From assembly GCF_964355755.1 (NCBI RefSeq), contig NC_092670.1, positions 35,266,388 through 35,330,387 of the forward strand: a stretch of DNA of 64,000 bases. The letters run 5' to 3'. The position numbers were made by a program, and so were the translations under genes. How positions within the stretch are numbered: the stretch's first letter is position 1; each line of letters starts with the position of its first letter. Of this stretch, positions 1 through 12,797 are shown one piece after another. The stretch comes from Antedon mediterranea. Its lineage: Eukaryota > Animalia > Echinodermata. The notes below the pieces were generated by a model. The model searched no databases. It saw only the letters and a list, made by a program, of their open reading frames with translations, and was not told where the DNA came from.

Positions 1-104
1 ACCTTTAACATAGGATAAGTGTAATGTGACTGAGTGATAGACCTACTGAAAATCAATATTAGTTCAACATACATCACGGTATATAATGATTGTTTACATT
101 TATT

Positions 105-260
105 AGGCCTGTTTTCTATGCGCGAATCGAACATTTCTTGAGTTCTGATTGGTTGCGCATTTTTTGACGTCACAAAAAGTAGAAAACATTGATAATACTC
201 ATGCGCATTAGTTAACACTTTCGATTAGTGCGAATAAATTCGCCTAGTGAAAAACCGGCT
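105..260. mobile_element. Degenerate Harbinger-like MITE
   Basis: Imperfect terminal inverted repeats (GGCCTGTTTTCTA.GCGCGAAT / ATTCGCCTAGTGAAAAACCGGCT). Internal CTGATTGGTTGCGCATTTT also occurs near 23250. Confidence 0.45.
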
Positions 261-827
261 TTACTTACGGGGTCAACTAGGATTTCTAGCGAGGTGCAGA
301 CATACATTGTATTTTCAAAGAAAAGAAGATTTTTTTTAAAGTTAACAAACTTATTTCTCAATACTTAAAGTATTCGACTTAAGCATGGGCGCATCGTGTC
401 AGTGTATCTTTTTATTTGATTGGTTTATTTCGTATGACGTGCCTTTTAGTACTATAGTTTTAAAATGTTCTATTAAACGGTTCTATTGCATGATCAGCTT
501 TAATTTTAAACCTGCAACGTGAATTACTGGAGAACTGAGCGATGTAATTAGTTCCCCTACTTGTCTTCATGTTTGGTTATCTTTGAAATATTTTATGGAT
601 AATTTTTGTGTGTACATCGCTTAGAAACATTGCGCTATACAAGACTGCTATTATTACTATTATCATTTTCAATGTTTCTGGTATCCAAAATGGATTATTA
701 GGTAAATCTGTTTTCAGGATGTCCTTTGTCTACATTGTGACGTTAATATCTACCAATACGACCTTCGCCTTCTTGTCTAGTGTCATCACCTTTCCAATAG
801 GAGACACCCATTTCATTATTTTCTTAA

Positions 828-981
828 AGCTCTGTCTACACTATCAAACTTTACAAAACAAATGTGATATGCCATTATATGGAGATGATGTCATATCACT
901 ACCATATTTTTGCATATCACTACCAAAATTGGGTACATCCCACACTTTTTGTCAAACTAGTTTGATAGTGTAGACAGTGCT
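828..981. mobile_element. MITE family A copy (TIR AGCTCTGTCTACACTATCAAACT), Harbinger-like
   Basis: 23-bp TIRs AGCTCTGTCTACACTATCAAACT...AGTTTGATAGTGTAGACAGTGCT with internal ATATCACTACCA repeats; about 10 copies in the window. Confidence 0.85.
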
Positions 982-2868
982 TAGAAATATAATATTATAT
1001 AGACGTTTAATACAGTTTGGACAGTTTAAAAAAAAAGATCACAATATACATTCATTCCCACGATTAGGAAGTTTCGATTTAGTTTAGATAACAAACACCC
1101 CGACCGCAATTCAAATGCCTTGTGTGTTGCATTCTTTATTAATAATAATGATAATGTCGTAAGTTCAACAAGTCAATGAAGTAGGCAAACGAATAGTTTA
1201 ATTATTGGAAGAAATAGAACAGTGTAAATTACCGTATTATTATTACACGTATTATATTTAGTATAGTACGGTATTTTGCCATATAGGCCTAATGTATATA
1301 TTTTTTATTTTGACATAATTTACTCGATATATAAATGTTATTTCTTATAGTGTATTTTTCCTAAACTTCAATGCATTTTGCAATACAATTATGTATTTTT
1401 TATAGAATTATTTTTATTGTTGTTTACCCGCAAATTATTTTTGTTTTAAATAAGTAAACAACATTTGAAAAAAACATAAATGTGCACACTATAATTATTG
1501 AGGCTGTTATATGCCTATACGTCTAAATTTATCATAACATATCAAAATACTAAATGTTGAAAACGTAAATAAAAGTTATTTATGTAACTACTCTACTTTT
1601 GCGCGGCAAGAACAATTAAAAAAAATCACCTGTCCGAATTTACTTTTTAAAGTTGATTTTAAAATATGGTAATGAGATGGCTGTTATTAGGTGACATTAG
1701 GGACGACAACCTTTGAATTGTCACGTTTATCCGAAATGAATATATAACACTGGATTATACTAATCTATATGCAGTAATTTTCACATTATAGGATTAAACA
1801 GTTCAAATTTATAAAATTTACGAATAATGATAGTGTCACTTGATAAAAAAATTTGTAAATTAATAATACAGATTGCATTAATATATTGAAATTGAAATCT
1901 TTAGGGACATAATATTTAATATAAGAAATATGATGACATTGCGATGGCCGTTTCGGGTTGTTCGAGAGATTATTAAAAATGTTTTCTTGCAATTTTCAGG
2001 AGTAGGTGGGGATTTTAGCCACTTAGGCCGAGAGTTAAAGAGGGATTAGACAATATTGGTGTCCTGCTTAAGGGGAAAGCTGCTCATTTTCTTCTGGCTG
2101 AATATGCCACTGAGATTGGTTGATTTATAACATGGGCGTGTGTGGATTTAACGAGTAATTTTGATATACAATACAATTTCCACAATATAACAACGGCCTT
2201 ATGCAGTACATGAGATGTGTTTATGTTTACTCACAATTTACTGATAAATCACAACGTTTTTTATTCGTGATTTGATAAATAGAATCAAATAGCATAGTTA
2301 TACAATATTTAAATTCAATATTTGTACTAGGCTTAGTATTACTGTTATATACTTTACCATTGTCCTCGCGAGTAATATGCCTACTCGACAGATACTCGAG
2401 AAATTGAAATTATCCAACCTGAGGTGAACAAAATACAAAATGATTGTTAGCATTTTGTTATTTACTATATTATTTATATTATTAAAAAAATATAAAGTTA
2501 GGACGGTTGATGTTGTTTACCCTTATTAAACTGGGTCACTAGTAGTCAGAGGAACTGAGGATTCGGGCGGATTAGGTGATATGTACGCGACCTGTCTCGA
2601 TTCTACTTCACATATCTTAAAATTATCCAACCACTCTTCGATCTACAATCGGAAACGTACAGAATTTCCTAAATACTTATTCAATTTGTTGTCGAAAAAA
2701 ATAGGCCTAACCTGACATTTATATTAATTATGCAGTGCAAAACTACCATTTGTGTCGGTGGAACTTATAGCATCGGGTGGCCGACTTGGGCAACAGGATG
2801 TGAGGCACTAAAACAATTGCGACACACTAACATTGGGTGGTATAAATTGGCGTAGAAAAAATGTCTTA

Positions 2869-3106
2869 AGCTTAGTCTACACACTATCAAACTTTATGTG
2901 ACAAAACAAATGTGATATGTCCATATATGAACATGATGATAACATCACTACCATATTTGGGCATATCACTATACCATATAAGGAGTCGCAAATTTCGCGA
3001 GGATCGTCATTGCACAATGCATGATGGGAAGGGTTTGGAAGCAAACGTTATGACCCGTACGTACGCGTATTTTTTGTCAAACTAGTTTGAGATTGTAGAC
3101 AGAGCT
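2869..3106. mobile_element. MITE family A copy with about 90-bp extra internal segment
   Basis: Same TIRs; TTA on both flanks (2866-2868, 3107-3109); extra sequence at about 2978-3069. Confidence 0.8.
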
Positions 3107-3724
3107 TTAGCAGAAAAGCCAAAATAAATTAATCTAAATGTTATAAATGGCTTGTAGCATACCGTAGGACTAAAGCTGGATGACAATCGTTTGATCTTCA
3201 ATAAAAGCATCTCTATTGAAAAATAAATCGTGCATCGTTTGACCGCTTGGCGAAGGATGCTCCCAGAGGTGGTACCTATATTTATCTACTAGGCCCTACG
3301 CTTGTCAACCATTAAATCTGCTACCAGTATTATACCAATGGGATCAGTTGTCAGACGACAAACATTGTGACGGCTTACTTTGATGCGTTGAAAAACCCGA
3401 CATAGCATTGTTCCCTACGTCACTGTTCTGTCAGCAACCGGAAACGCGTCATTCACTGGAAATAAAAGTTGATGACATTGATATGGATAAATATAAATGC
3501 AACCGTCGTCTGTATATTTACGTCACAATAATTCCCAAACTTCCCGCCAAATCTACCTCGCGAAAAATATGTCTAAAAATAGAAGTATAAATCTTATTTT
3601 ATCTATCCAATATCAACTGGCTACAGATCGTATTTTTAATTTATAATATTTATTGTTACACTAAAATACATTTTCAACGAGCAATGGTAAGTAGTGTATA
3701 CCCACAATATTGTAATTTGTGCAC

Positions 3725-4063
3725 TTATTTGTACCCCAAAAACATGAAAAATGAAGATTAATTAAATCAGACTTTTAATAGGTTATTTTGTAGTTTTAAT
3801 ACAGTTAATCGCTTCCGTAGAAATTACCGAAAACAAATAATGTTGTCACTTAGAAAAAGACAAAATAAATGCTAAAATTCAACCAAAACCAATTAGCTGG
3901 CAGCCAGTTTGACTATTTTTTTGCTTTAAATTACAGTTTTTTCAGGTAAATACATTTTTTCAATCCAATTTTTGGTCAAAGTGGATAACTATTATTGACA
4001 TTTAAATGGCATATTTAACAAAAAAATGTTTAAGAATTATTTTTTCACGGGAACAATACATCT
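3725..4063. mobile_element. MITE family B copy (Kolobok-type non-autonomous; left end decayed)
   Basis: Ends GGGAACAATACATCT|TTAA; internal AAAACATGAAAAATGAAGATTAATTAAATCAGAC shared with the copies at 7435 and 37683. Confidence 0.7.
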
Positions 4064-4392
4064 TTAATATTTATAATTACTTATTCTCATATTGTATAAT
4101 AATAATAATTTGCCTTTGGATTTAAATAAACAATAAAGTATATGTCTATATGGATGCAAGAATATTCTAGATTTTTCAGCTTGTAATGAATGAAAAAAAG
4201 GAAAACGTTCTCAATCGGAAATTTAATATTTGAATAAATTAAAATCCAGACACAGACAATACGTTCTAATTTTATCTCATTTGTAAGAAGAAATTGTTTT
4301 ATTCATCACAATGAATCATTCCAAATATGGCAATGATGGAACAATGCTAGTTTAATTTAGTTTTTCATCATTTGACTTGTTTCATTCGTAAA

Positions 4393-4545
4393 GTCTACAC
4401 TATCACATGTTATGTGACAAAAAAATGTGATTTGCCCAAATATGGTAGTGATATACCAAAATATGGTAGTAATATGACATCATTATGTCCATATATGGTC
4501 ACATCATATATTTTTTACATAAAGTTTGATAGTGTAGACAGAGCT
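4393..4545. mobile_element. MITE family A copy
   Basis: GTCTACACTATCA...AGTTTGATAGTGTAGACAGAGCT|TTA. Confidence 0.8.
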
Positions 4546-4752
4546 TTACTCTGTCAGCATCTGTACATTTATCTGTCCATCAATTTTGCTTTATTTTGTC
4601 AACTTTTATCTACGGGTATAATCTTTATTTTTGTATTTCTTTTTTTTTATTGTTCTTTATATATATATATAGAGGACTAGTGCTGTTCCGCCGTACCACG
4701 CCAAGAATGTTAAAGAGTCGCTATCCAATCGAGTTCGAACAATACCATGAAA

Positions 4753-4824
4753 GCCCCAGTGGTCTAATGGTTAGGACATCTGCATATCAAGCAGGCGGTC
4801 CGAGTTCGAGTCTCGGTTGGGGCG
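4753..4824 (+). tRNA. tRNA-Asp(ATC)-like cloverleaf, probably element-borne or a pseudogene
   Basis: Acceptor GCCCCAG/TTGGGGC, D-arm GTCT/GGAC, anticodon stem TCTGC/GCAGG with loop ATATCAA (ATC at 4786-4788), T-arm CCGAG-TTCGAGT-CTCGG, then a T-run Pol III terminator. Confidence 0.65.
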
Positions 4825-4888
4825 ACTTTTTCTCATTCTCACAGATTTCCTCATCTTTATCGTTTCAAATTAATTAATTAAATTTCAG

Positions 4889-4996
4889 TATATCACCGGG
4901 CGGTTTAGAATTAATGTTCATTGCCTGATGTGTATATATATATATATATAAACAAATCAGGCAAAGAACATTAATTCTAAACCGCCCGGTGATATA
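4889..4996. repeat. 41-bp inverted repeat with (TA)n spacer
   Basis: 4889-4929 is the reverse complement of 4956-4996 with one mismatch. Confidence 0.85.
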
Positions 4997-5184
4997 TATA
5001 TATATATATATTTTATATTTTTAATTATTAATTTGTCAAAGTTAATTCCGCCACAAGATTTTCATTTTCTTGGGATTCTTCCTTCTTCCATTATTAATAT
5101 GTTTCTTTTGTTCATACAATTCACAATAAATCATCTGAATTTATTTTTTGTCCAACTTTAGTCTAGTGTTAGATAATAAAATCT

Positions 5185-5300
5185 GTCTAAACTAGTTTGA
5201 CAAGAAAAAGTGTGATGTGCCCAAATATGGTAGTGATGTGCCCAAATATGGTAGTGATGACATCATCATGTCCATAATATGGGCACATCACATATTTTTT
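5185..5300. mobile_element. MITE family A, partial copy
   Basis: AAACTAGTTTGACAA...GTGATGTGCCCAAATATGGTAGTGA internal repeats; TIRs lost. Confidence 0.65.
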
Positions 5301-5577
5301 GGTAGTTAAAGGCTCACTATATTTATTATAAGCTCATTTGAAATATTAAATTTTTGTAATTTCTTTTACTTTTTATTTACTTTATGGAAACATAAAGTTT
5401 AATATATTTTATAATTGTTTATTTTAAGTGTTGAACAACATGGTGTTCGTATTCACGTTTTTTCTCCTTCGCATACTTATAAATAATAAATGTGAACCAA
5501 AGAAATGCCAATATATTATCTGTATTAAAAAAGAAACCTTTTAATTAATAATCCCATATCAATAATTATATTTCTTA

Positions 5578-5725
5578 AGCTCTGTCAACACTATCAAACT
5601 AGTTTGACAAAAAAAGTGTGATGTTCCCAAATATGGTAGTGATATTTCCAAATATGTTAGTGATATGACATCATCATGTCCACATTACATTTTTTGTCAC
5701 AAAGTTTGGTAGTGTAGACAGAACT
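5578..5725. mobile_element. MITE family A copy
   Basis: TTA|AGCTCTGTCAACACTATCAAACT...AGTTTGGTAGTGTAGACAGAACT|TAA. Confidence 0.85.
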
Positions 5726-6410
5726 TAAGAATTAATTAATTCAATTCAATTCAACATTTATTTCAGACAGTTGTCCATTATGGTATAATACATTACAAAG
5801 AAAACAAAAAAAAATGAAGGAGAGAGAACCAAAACTGTTATCTATTGGTATATAATGCCTCTCTCCATTTGTAGTACATGTTTGAATCCATCAACAAATA
5901 TTTATATATACAAATTAACATTCTGTTTTCGCTTTTCATTATTCTTGTAAGAAATCAGTAAGTCGAAATCCTCAAATATTCATAAAATGATAATATAGCT
6001 TACTACATTTTATAAGCTCACTTTAAATATTAAATTTAGTTTTAATCCAGTGGAAATATAAACTTTGATATAACTTTGTAATACAGCATTGCGTCTGTGT
6101 TCACATTATGTTCTCTTCCGCCTACTTCCAGTAGGCTACTTATAAATATATTGTTTGTATTAAAAAAGAAACTTTTTACCTAATCCCATATAGATAATTA
6201 TATTTCTTACAGACACTGTAATACTGTATACGAATCATTTTCGTAATGTTTCCCAACGAAATTGTCGCGTCGCAAAATTTCCGACGCATGGAATGCATTA
6301 ATTGTCTGATTTTTACTATAGACATTAATATAACAGATCTGTCAATCATTTTTTATAGACAGTTTTCTACTCTTAGTATTCCGCGACAGCAATTCAAATG
6401 ATTTATTATA

Positions 6411-6935
6411 GGAAATTCAATTATTCAACTTATTAATATATAAAAATAGATATACGGTGCTGTATCATTTAAGGTGTGTATTCTTAAATGTTTTAACAAG
6501 TAAAAGGAATGATTATTGTTTTTAATATCATCATAATAATAGTAATTATGATAGAATAAATTATGTCGATAAATGTGCCGCATCAAACAGACGCATTCGA
6601 ATAAACACCGCATTCGAATTGATGGCTGATCATTCACAAATATTGTATTATTATTATTTGACTTCCAGTCCAATTATCATTATTAGGAAATTCAATTATT
6701 TAAATTATTAATATAAAAATAGATTTACGGTGCTGTATTCTTAACGGCATGATACATTCTTAAATATTATAACATTTAAAAACAATAACACCATTGATTA
6801 TTTATTTAAATCTCATCATATTAATAATTATGATAGAATAAGTGCCGCTGTCGATAATGTGTCGCAGTCAAACAAATGTCGCGTTCGAATAAACACCGCA
6901 TTCAAATAATTGGATTGATGGCTGATCATTCACAA
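6411..6935. repeat. Diverged tandem duplication, about 275-bp unit
   Basis: GGAAATTCAATTATT...ACGGTGCTGTAT...AATAAACACCGCATTC...GATGGCTGATCATTCACAA occurs twice (from 6411 and from about 6686). Confidence 0.75.
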
Positions 6936-7434
6936 CACCTTTCTGTACAATTAAACAAAATTGTATTATAGAATACATCAGAAGTATTTAAACAGCAGTT
7001 TACAAAATTGAAGCATTAACATAAAATAAAAGAATTTGTTTTAAAAAAATGTTTTTAAAGTAGAAAACACGTCTGTTGGAAATTACCAATTTTCAAGTTT
7101 GCGGTTTAAAAAATTTATCTTACACTTATTTGCCTAATAACTAATCATTTTAGGTTCAAAGTTACCTATTTGAGTCAAGTGCCAAAAACGTCTAGCCAAA
7201 TATCTTTAGGTGATCATGGAATTATTTTTCTGCCTGACTAGTCATTTCCCAGTGGGACAAAATTACTTTTGGTTACTTTCTTATTTCACCATTAATTTCA
7301 AGTCAGTGTTGTAATTATGTTATTGTTATAAGAATTACTGTAGTGTATAGGCCTATAGAATACACTGACATTATTTTGTGAATGTCAAATTTTACTTTAG
7401 AATAAAAGAAAGCAAAATGTGAATAGTATTTTAA

Positions 7435-7845
7435 AGATGTATTGTTCCCACAAAAACATGAAAAATGAAGATTAATAAAATCAGACTTAAAATAGTTTTT
7501 TTGAAGTTTTGAAAGTTATTCACTTCTGTAAAGAAAACAAAAATTGTTTCACAGTTAATTTTAACTAAAAACCATTGTCTGACAGACAATAACAAGTATT
7601 TTTAGTCGCGTGCAAATGCGACTCTACAGCTTACTACCTACCGGTAGGTGGTCGGTCGGTTGGTCGGTAAAACTAACTCAAATGAGCACGCGACTGCAGA
7701 CATGTATATGGTCTTGTTTAATCTAAATTACATTTCTTTTCAGGTAATTTATTTTTCGATTCAGTTGTTGGTTAAAGTGAATATCTATTTTGTGGCATTG
7801 AAATGGCATATTCAACAACAAAATTGAATTAAAAAAAATGTATCT
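7435..7845. mobile_element. MITE family B copy carrying a nested HINE-like element
   Basis: TTAA|AGATGTATTGTTCCC start, degenerate right end; interrupted at 7599-7719. Confidence 0.75.
7599..7719 (+). mobile_element. HINE/DINE-1-like non-autonomous Helentron element
   Basis: T-run, AGTCGCGT 5' subterminal repeat with a nearby inverted copy, (GGTC)n microsatellite, 3' ACGCGACT, stem-loop, CTTGTTT end; second copy at 37161. Confidence 0.65.
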
Positions 7846-8614
7846 TTAGACATTTAAACTTTAATCGTTTCAAGTACAATAAAATACTGGAGTAACCCTA
7901 AATATATACTATTAGCCTAGAACTAAAAAGTAACATTAGAATAATATAACTTTAGTTCAGTGATTATTACTGAATTTATTTATTTATTAAAAATATATAT
8001 ATAAAGTGCTGCTTTAAGACTACCGCAAAACATTTTTATTACTTTTAGTATTTAAAGATAACAATTTTGATTAAATAATTTATAATTGAAGCTGAGACTC
8101 CCTTGACACAGAAATTCTTTTAATAAATCAAATCCAACAATTTGAAGTACAAGAGTGCATAATCAATAATGCCTTCTAATAAATACATAATTAAACTGGC
8201 GGTAGGCCTGACCAATATTTTGTTAATGTGATATCAAGTTATAGGCTAACTGGTGAAAGTAAAACTAACAATTCTCGAACATCAATTAGGTCACAAAGGA
8301 CTAAATTGTATCATGTATTATTATACAAACATAATGTTTGTGTGTTCACTGCTTTGTGTCATGGGCTGTCCCCACACCCCCGATGTGTGTCTCGTTTCCG
8401 GGAATCGCTACTCTAGTTCCCGTCGGCACACGTCACAATAGTCTCAAAATAAATCCCGTAGCTTAACTTCTGTCACGTTGCCTTCCATACAATGTGACAA
8501 TTTGTACGGACAGACCAGACACCCATGTAGGTCCCTACTGACTCAACTGGTAGTTTCACTTTATACACGATAATTTGTCACGGATTTATTTAATATCAGT
8601 TTTTTAGTTTAAAC

Positions 8615-8615
<1 letters not shown>

Positions 8616-8661
<46 letters not shown>

Positions 8662-8985
8662 GGCATTAGTTCATCCATATGTTGAATGAAGCCCTCCTCA
8701 TAACATTTCCATTTCTGTCTAATTCTTGCTGTCCTAGTCCATGCAGCCGTTCCAATGTATGTTGTTAGATCATCTCTCCACCTTCTTTTTTGTCTTCCTC
8801 TTTTCCTCTTTCCTACCCTTGGTTGCCATTCTGTTAATCTGTATGTCCATCTGTTATCTTGAAATCTTGCCACATGCCCAGCCCATCTCCATTTTGACTG
8901 TCTTACTTTCTCCAATATATCTGTAACACCTGTCTTTTTTCTGATGATTGTATGATTTACCCTGTCTCGAAGCGATAAGTTCATC
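8616..8985 (-). mobile_element. 5'-truncated RTE-clade LINE 3' end with (TAGA)n tail
   Basis: ORF 8655-9071(-) contains the RTE C-terminal signature KWRWAGHVAR..DNRWT...EWQPR..KRKRGRQKRRWRDDL, directly followed by a (GATA)n tail at 8616-8660. Confidence 0.9.
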
Positions 8986-10916
8986 TTTCTTTCTTTAAAC
9001 CTATTATCATTAATTGATTGTAGGGCCACAACTGTACAAATAGCACCCTTGCGGTCCTTACTAGTTCTCATGAGCGTGTGTAATAGTATCGTAAGCCCTA
9101 ATTTAGTTTTCTTTCAATTTTTAATGGTTACATAGAACATCACATTTTAAAGCCTTGCCCGATTCAATCAATCAATATATAACTTTTGCTTATAACCATG
9201 TTCATTTGTATAGGCTTTTGCTAAATAATCCGTTAAACACTATCTGATATTTTATGTATTATCATTACTGTAAATAATCAATGTATATGTTTTATAATTA
9301 TTTTTTTTTGTACAAATCACTACACTATACCGTTATTATGGTAATATTATGAATTCAGGATTGATTGAATAAAGTTCACAAGAAACAAGAAACAAATATG
9401 TGTTTTCGTCACACAAAACAACACACTCTCATTAATATCCTCATAATCAATATCATCATTCCAATAATTATAATAATATTATCATCATCTTTATATTATC
9501 ATTCTGACATCATCACCATCCCTAATAGACATCGTCCTGCCATCTTGATTACGTCATCATCCTCACCAACAGTAATTTAAAAATACGTAAATAAAAAAAA
9601 CATTTGGAGTACTTTTTTGATAATCTTTCTAGATTATATAATAAATCTGTATAATTACATTCAACATTGATTTATCACATAATGTTGACATTTAATCCAA
9701 TTCGGAACGATATCAAATCTTTGCAGTTATACAAGTAATTAACCTTAGCCATTCTTCATTATCTACTTATAATATGTGACGTCACATTAGTATTACGTAA
9801 CGTGAAATGCGGAAATTGGAAAGTGGAGACACTACGAAATGTTGATGGAAACATTTAAGTACTGAATGAAATCAGAAGAAACTTCTTAAAACTTCTGTTT
9901 ACAAATTCAACAGAATGGGTATGTACATATCAGTTAAGTTACATAAATAATACATTAAGACGGTACTAATGAAGTTAAAACCTATATACTTGTGAAGCAG
10001 TTTTGGCGGTCGGTGTGTATTTGGTCCCGGGGGAAACGGTACTGCTACGGTGTAGTGATCCCGGCCCGAAAGGTACAGCAATTTAGGCCTACGGAAAACA
10101 GACTAGATAATATTATATTAGTCATCATTTGTTATTGTATTAATAAATTCTAAACTTAAAGTAATAGCTTAAAGCTAAATCAGCGTGATTTTCCATCTTT
10201 TTAAATAAGATAGTTAGATTTCGATGACTTGAATTTTATAGGGCATGATATGCCCTAGTTTGTATTGCACAATATGATGTATAGGCCTATATGCCGTAAT
10301 AAATATTCATCATTTGTCTAAAGAAACAAAGACAAACTGGACATCGTATTAATACTTTTCAAAATTAGTTTACGTTTCTTTGTGAATGTCACTCCTTATA
10401 ATCTACAGTTGTTTGAAACATGAGTCGACGGAAATTTACCTTTTTTTAAATCATAGGCCTTACACCATCACGACGCGCAGAATTGTCGCGTAGCCTACGT
10501 TCTATGCCGTTATTTATTTTACCCTTTTTCCTCCGCGGCTCGAGTGGCATGTCGGCCAACATGTTTCGTCCACATCTTTATACGGGGATTATGTTTAGAC
10601 AAATTTTAAGTTTTAAGAAGTATTGTATTTTATTAAGAATATATTATATGACAATAAAAGTGGGACGAGTCCACGAAAGACAAAAAAAAGTTAACTAATA
10701 AATGGTACGTTCAGTTGTAACTATTATGATAGTAAATACCTTTATAACCAACTCAGGTTGAAGATCTTGGTTGTACCAATGGATCTTGGTTGTACCAATG
10801 GAAGGGCCAGGCTATAATTGGTCCCCAACCTTTCATGTTCAGGCTACCTTAGAAGCATTAAATACCTGTTGTTTCGAAGTAAAATTGTTGGCCTATCGTG
10901 CTTTATAACGTAGGGC

Positions 10917-10946
10917 CAGGGAAGAGTTAAATTTAACTCTTCCCTG
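10917..10946. repeat. Perfect 30-bp palindrome flanked by a 7-bp direct repeat
   Basis: GTAGGGC|CAGGGAAGAGTTAAATTTAACTCTTCCCTG|GTAGGGC. Confidence 0.8.
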
Positions 10947-11069
10947 GTAGGGCGTACTGTATTTTAATTATATTATTTAGACAAATTAGACTATGAAGTC
11001 TTTCTGTAGCAGAATTAGGAAGAATACTTATATAAATAGTGTTGATAAAACGAAAGTATTTTGTAGTGG

Positions 11070-11240
11070 AACTGTAGCTTAGTAGCCTTCCAATCCCAAG
11101 GTCCGGGGTTCAATCTTGACCAAGTGCCAAAGGTTGTAAATCACGATTTGTCAACTCCACTCACTAGGCCTCACGATGAATTATAAAATATTTTATTCAT
11201 CCTCTAATTGGCGAGTTACGTGTAATTAATCACACTAACT
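11070..11240 (+). mobile_element. Degenerate tRNA-derived SINE
   Basis: TGTAGCTTAGT A-box-like motif and GGTCCGGGGTTCAATC B-box; extent approximate. Confidence 0.4.
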
Positions 11241-12797
11241 AATACCACTCTAAAAACATTGAGAAAACTATCAATTGACTAAATTTAAGAACAAGTTGTT
11301 GTTTGGTCTTCGGTGCAGGCCCTTATTCGTTTCGTCTCTGACGTCCCAAGTTTAGTTGTATTGCTGTTGTTTCATAAAGAAAAAGCTGTAACTCGATCGC
11401 TTAGTATTCGGTTAATATCTAGATCTCTTCAAAACTGACGACTTAAAGAACAGGAAAATGTATAGCTTATTTATAAATTAGTAGGCGGGACATTTACTTG
11501 TTTGTCTGATCATCCGTCTGATACTTCTAGAACGATTACTTTTTTTTTACAATAGAGGGCGACACACTATTATACTACAGTAATTAATTATAACTACAAA
11601 TGTCAACGTAGTTTAAAAGACATAAATCGAATGTCTATATTATTAGAAAGTTTCTCATTTTAACACAAAAAACTACCACGGACTAATGCAGTGTACAATC
11701 AGCGCCTTCAATAATTGATTTCACCCGCAGATGAGGAAAGTCGTACGCTTTGCCTATAGGTCGTCTTAGGCCAACGTTTTGTAGACAAACCATAACCTGT
11801 CAGATCTGACACTGAAGTAGCAAGTTTCCTTTACTAATAACCCATTTATGACAGACAGTATCCCCTCTCTATGTTACTTTTATAATAATATATAATTATT
11901 CCAAACCATTATTTGTTTGTTTCGTCCTTTACTCTTTCCTTTATGATGTGAAATAATGTCTTAAGAAGATACATTCTTAATCAAAGTGTCCCTTTGATAG
12001 CGGTTTCTGAATAAAGATTGCCACAGTGTTAACACATATGATTCTTCGTTCCATCATAAAGTGTCCCTTTAACATGTCCAAAAGTAGAGTTTCTTGGTTT
12101 TACAATATATAACACAACGATTTATTTTCTCTAATGCTGTCTATAATTTATTCTTAACTCTGACCGAGAATATATTTATATTATACAAATATACACATTG
12201 CACCATTCTAAATATATTTTCTTAATTATAGTGTACAATCGACTGAAAACATTTGACTGTTTTGATCAACATTACAGTACAGTATTATACTTTTATTACA
12301 TTAAGGCGTTGACGCATTTGGCGTTTCATAGTCCTTAAAGGAAAAATGAACGGCAATATTATCTTAAAGCTATATTAACGTAGTTTTAATAAATTAATCA
12401 ATTGTAATGATATATAATATTTATTTAACAATTCAATACGACATAACGGTTATATAGATAATTCTGATGTTTATAAATTTACCATCTTTAAAAGTAATAG
12501 TGTTGCACATTATAAAACATTTACGGTACTTTACAAAATTACAAAACAAGAAAATGAAAATACACATAATATCCCATAATATATATATTATAGGAAATCG
12601 TTTGTGCTTTAGGCTTAACAACAACAACAATAATAATCCTATTATATTTAAAACAATAATCTAATATCGTTATAATTACTGACTGTTGTAGTATTGATAT
12701 TCAAATGTCAAAATACCCACTGTCAGTATGATTTCTTTAAAGCTTGAACCGAACATTTAAGTCTGTTTATGAGTAATAACTTAATCGGGGTGAAGTT

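Noticed and set aside
608-973. 121-aa ORF and similar short ORFs across the window
   Set aside because: Overlap MITEs or AT-rich DNA, often have non-ATG starts, and show no protein motifs or splice context.
3436-3451. AACCGGAAACGCGTCA (also at about 20294), resembling a hammerhead GAAACGCGTC half
   Set aside because: No upstream CTGANGA or stem II at either site; may be a transcription-factor site or chance.
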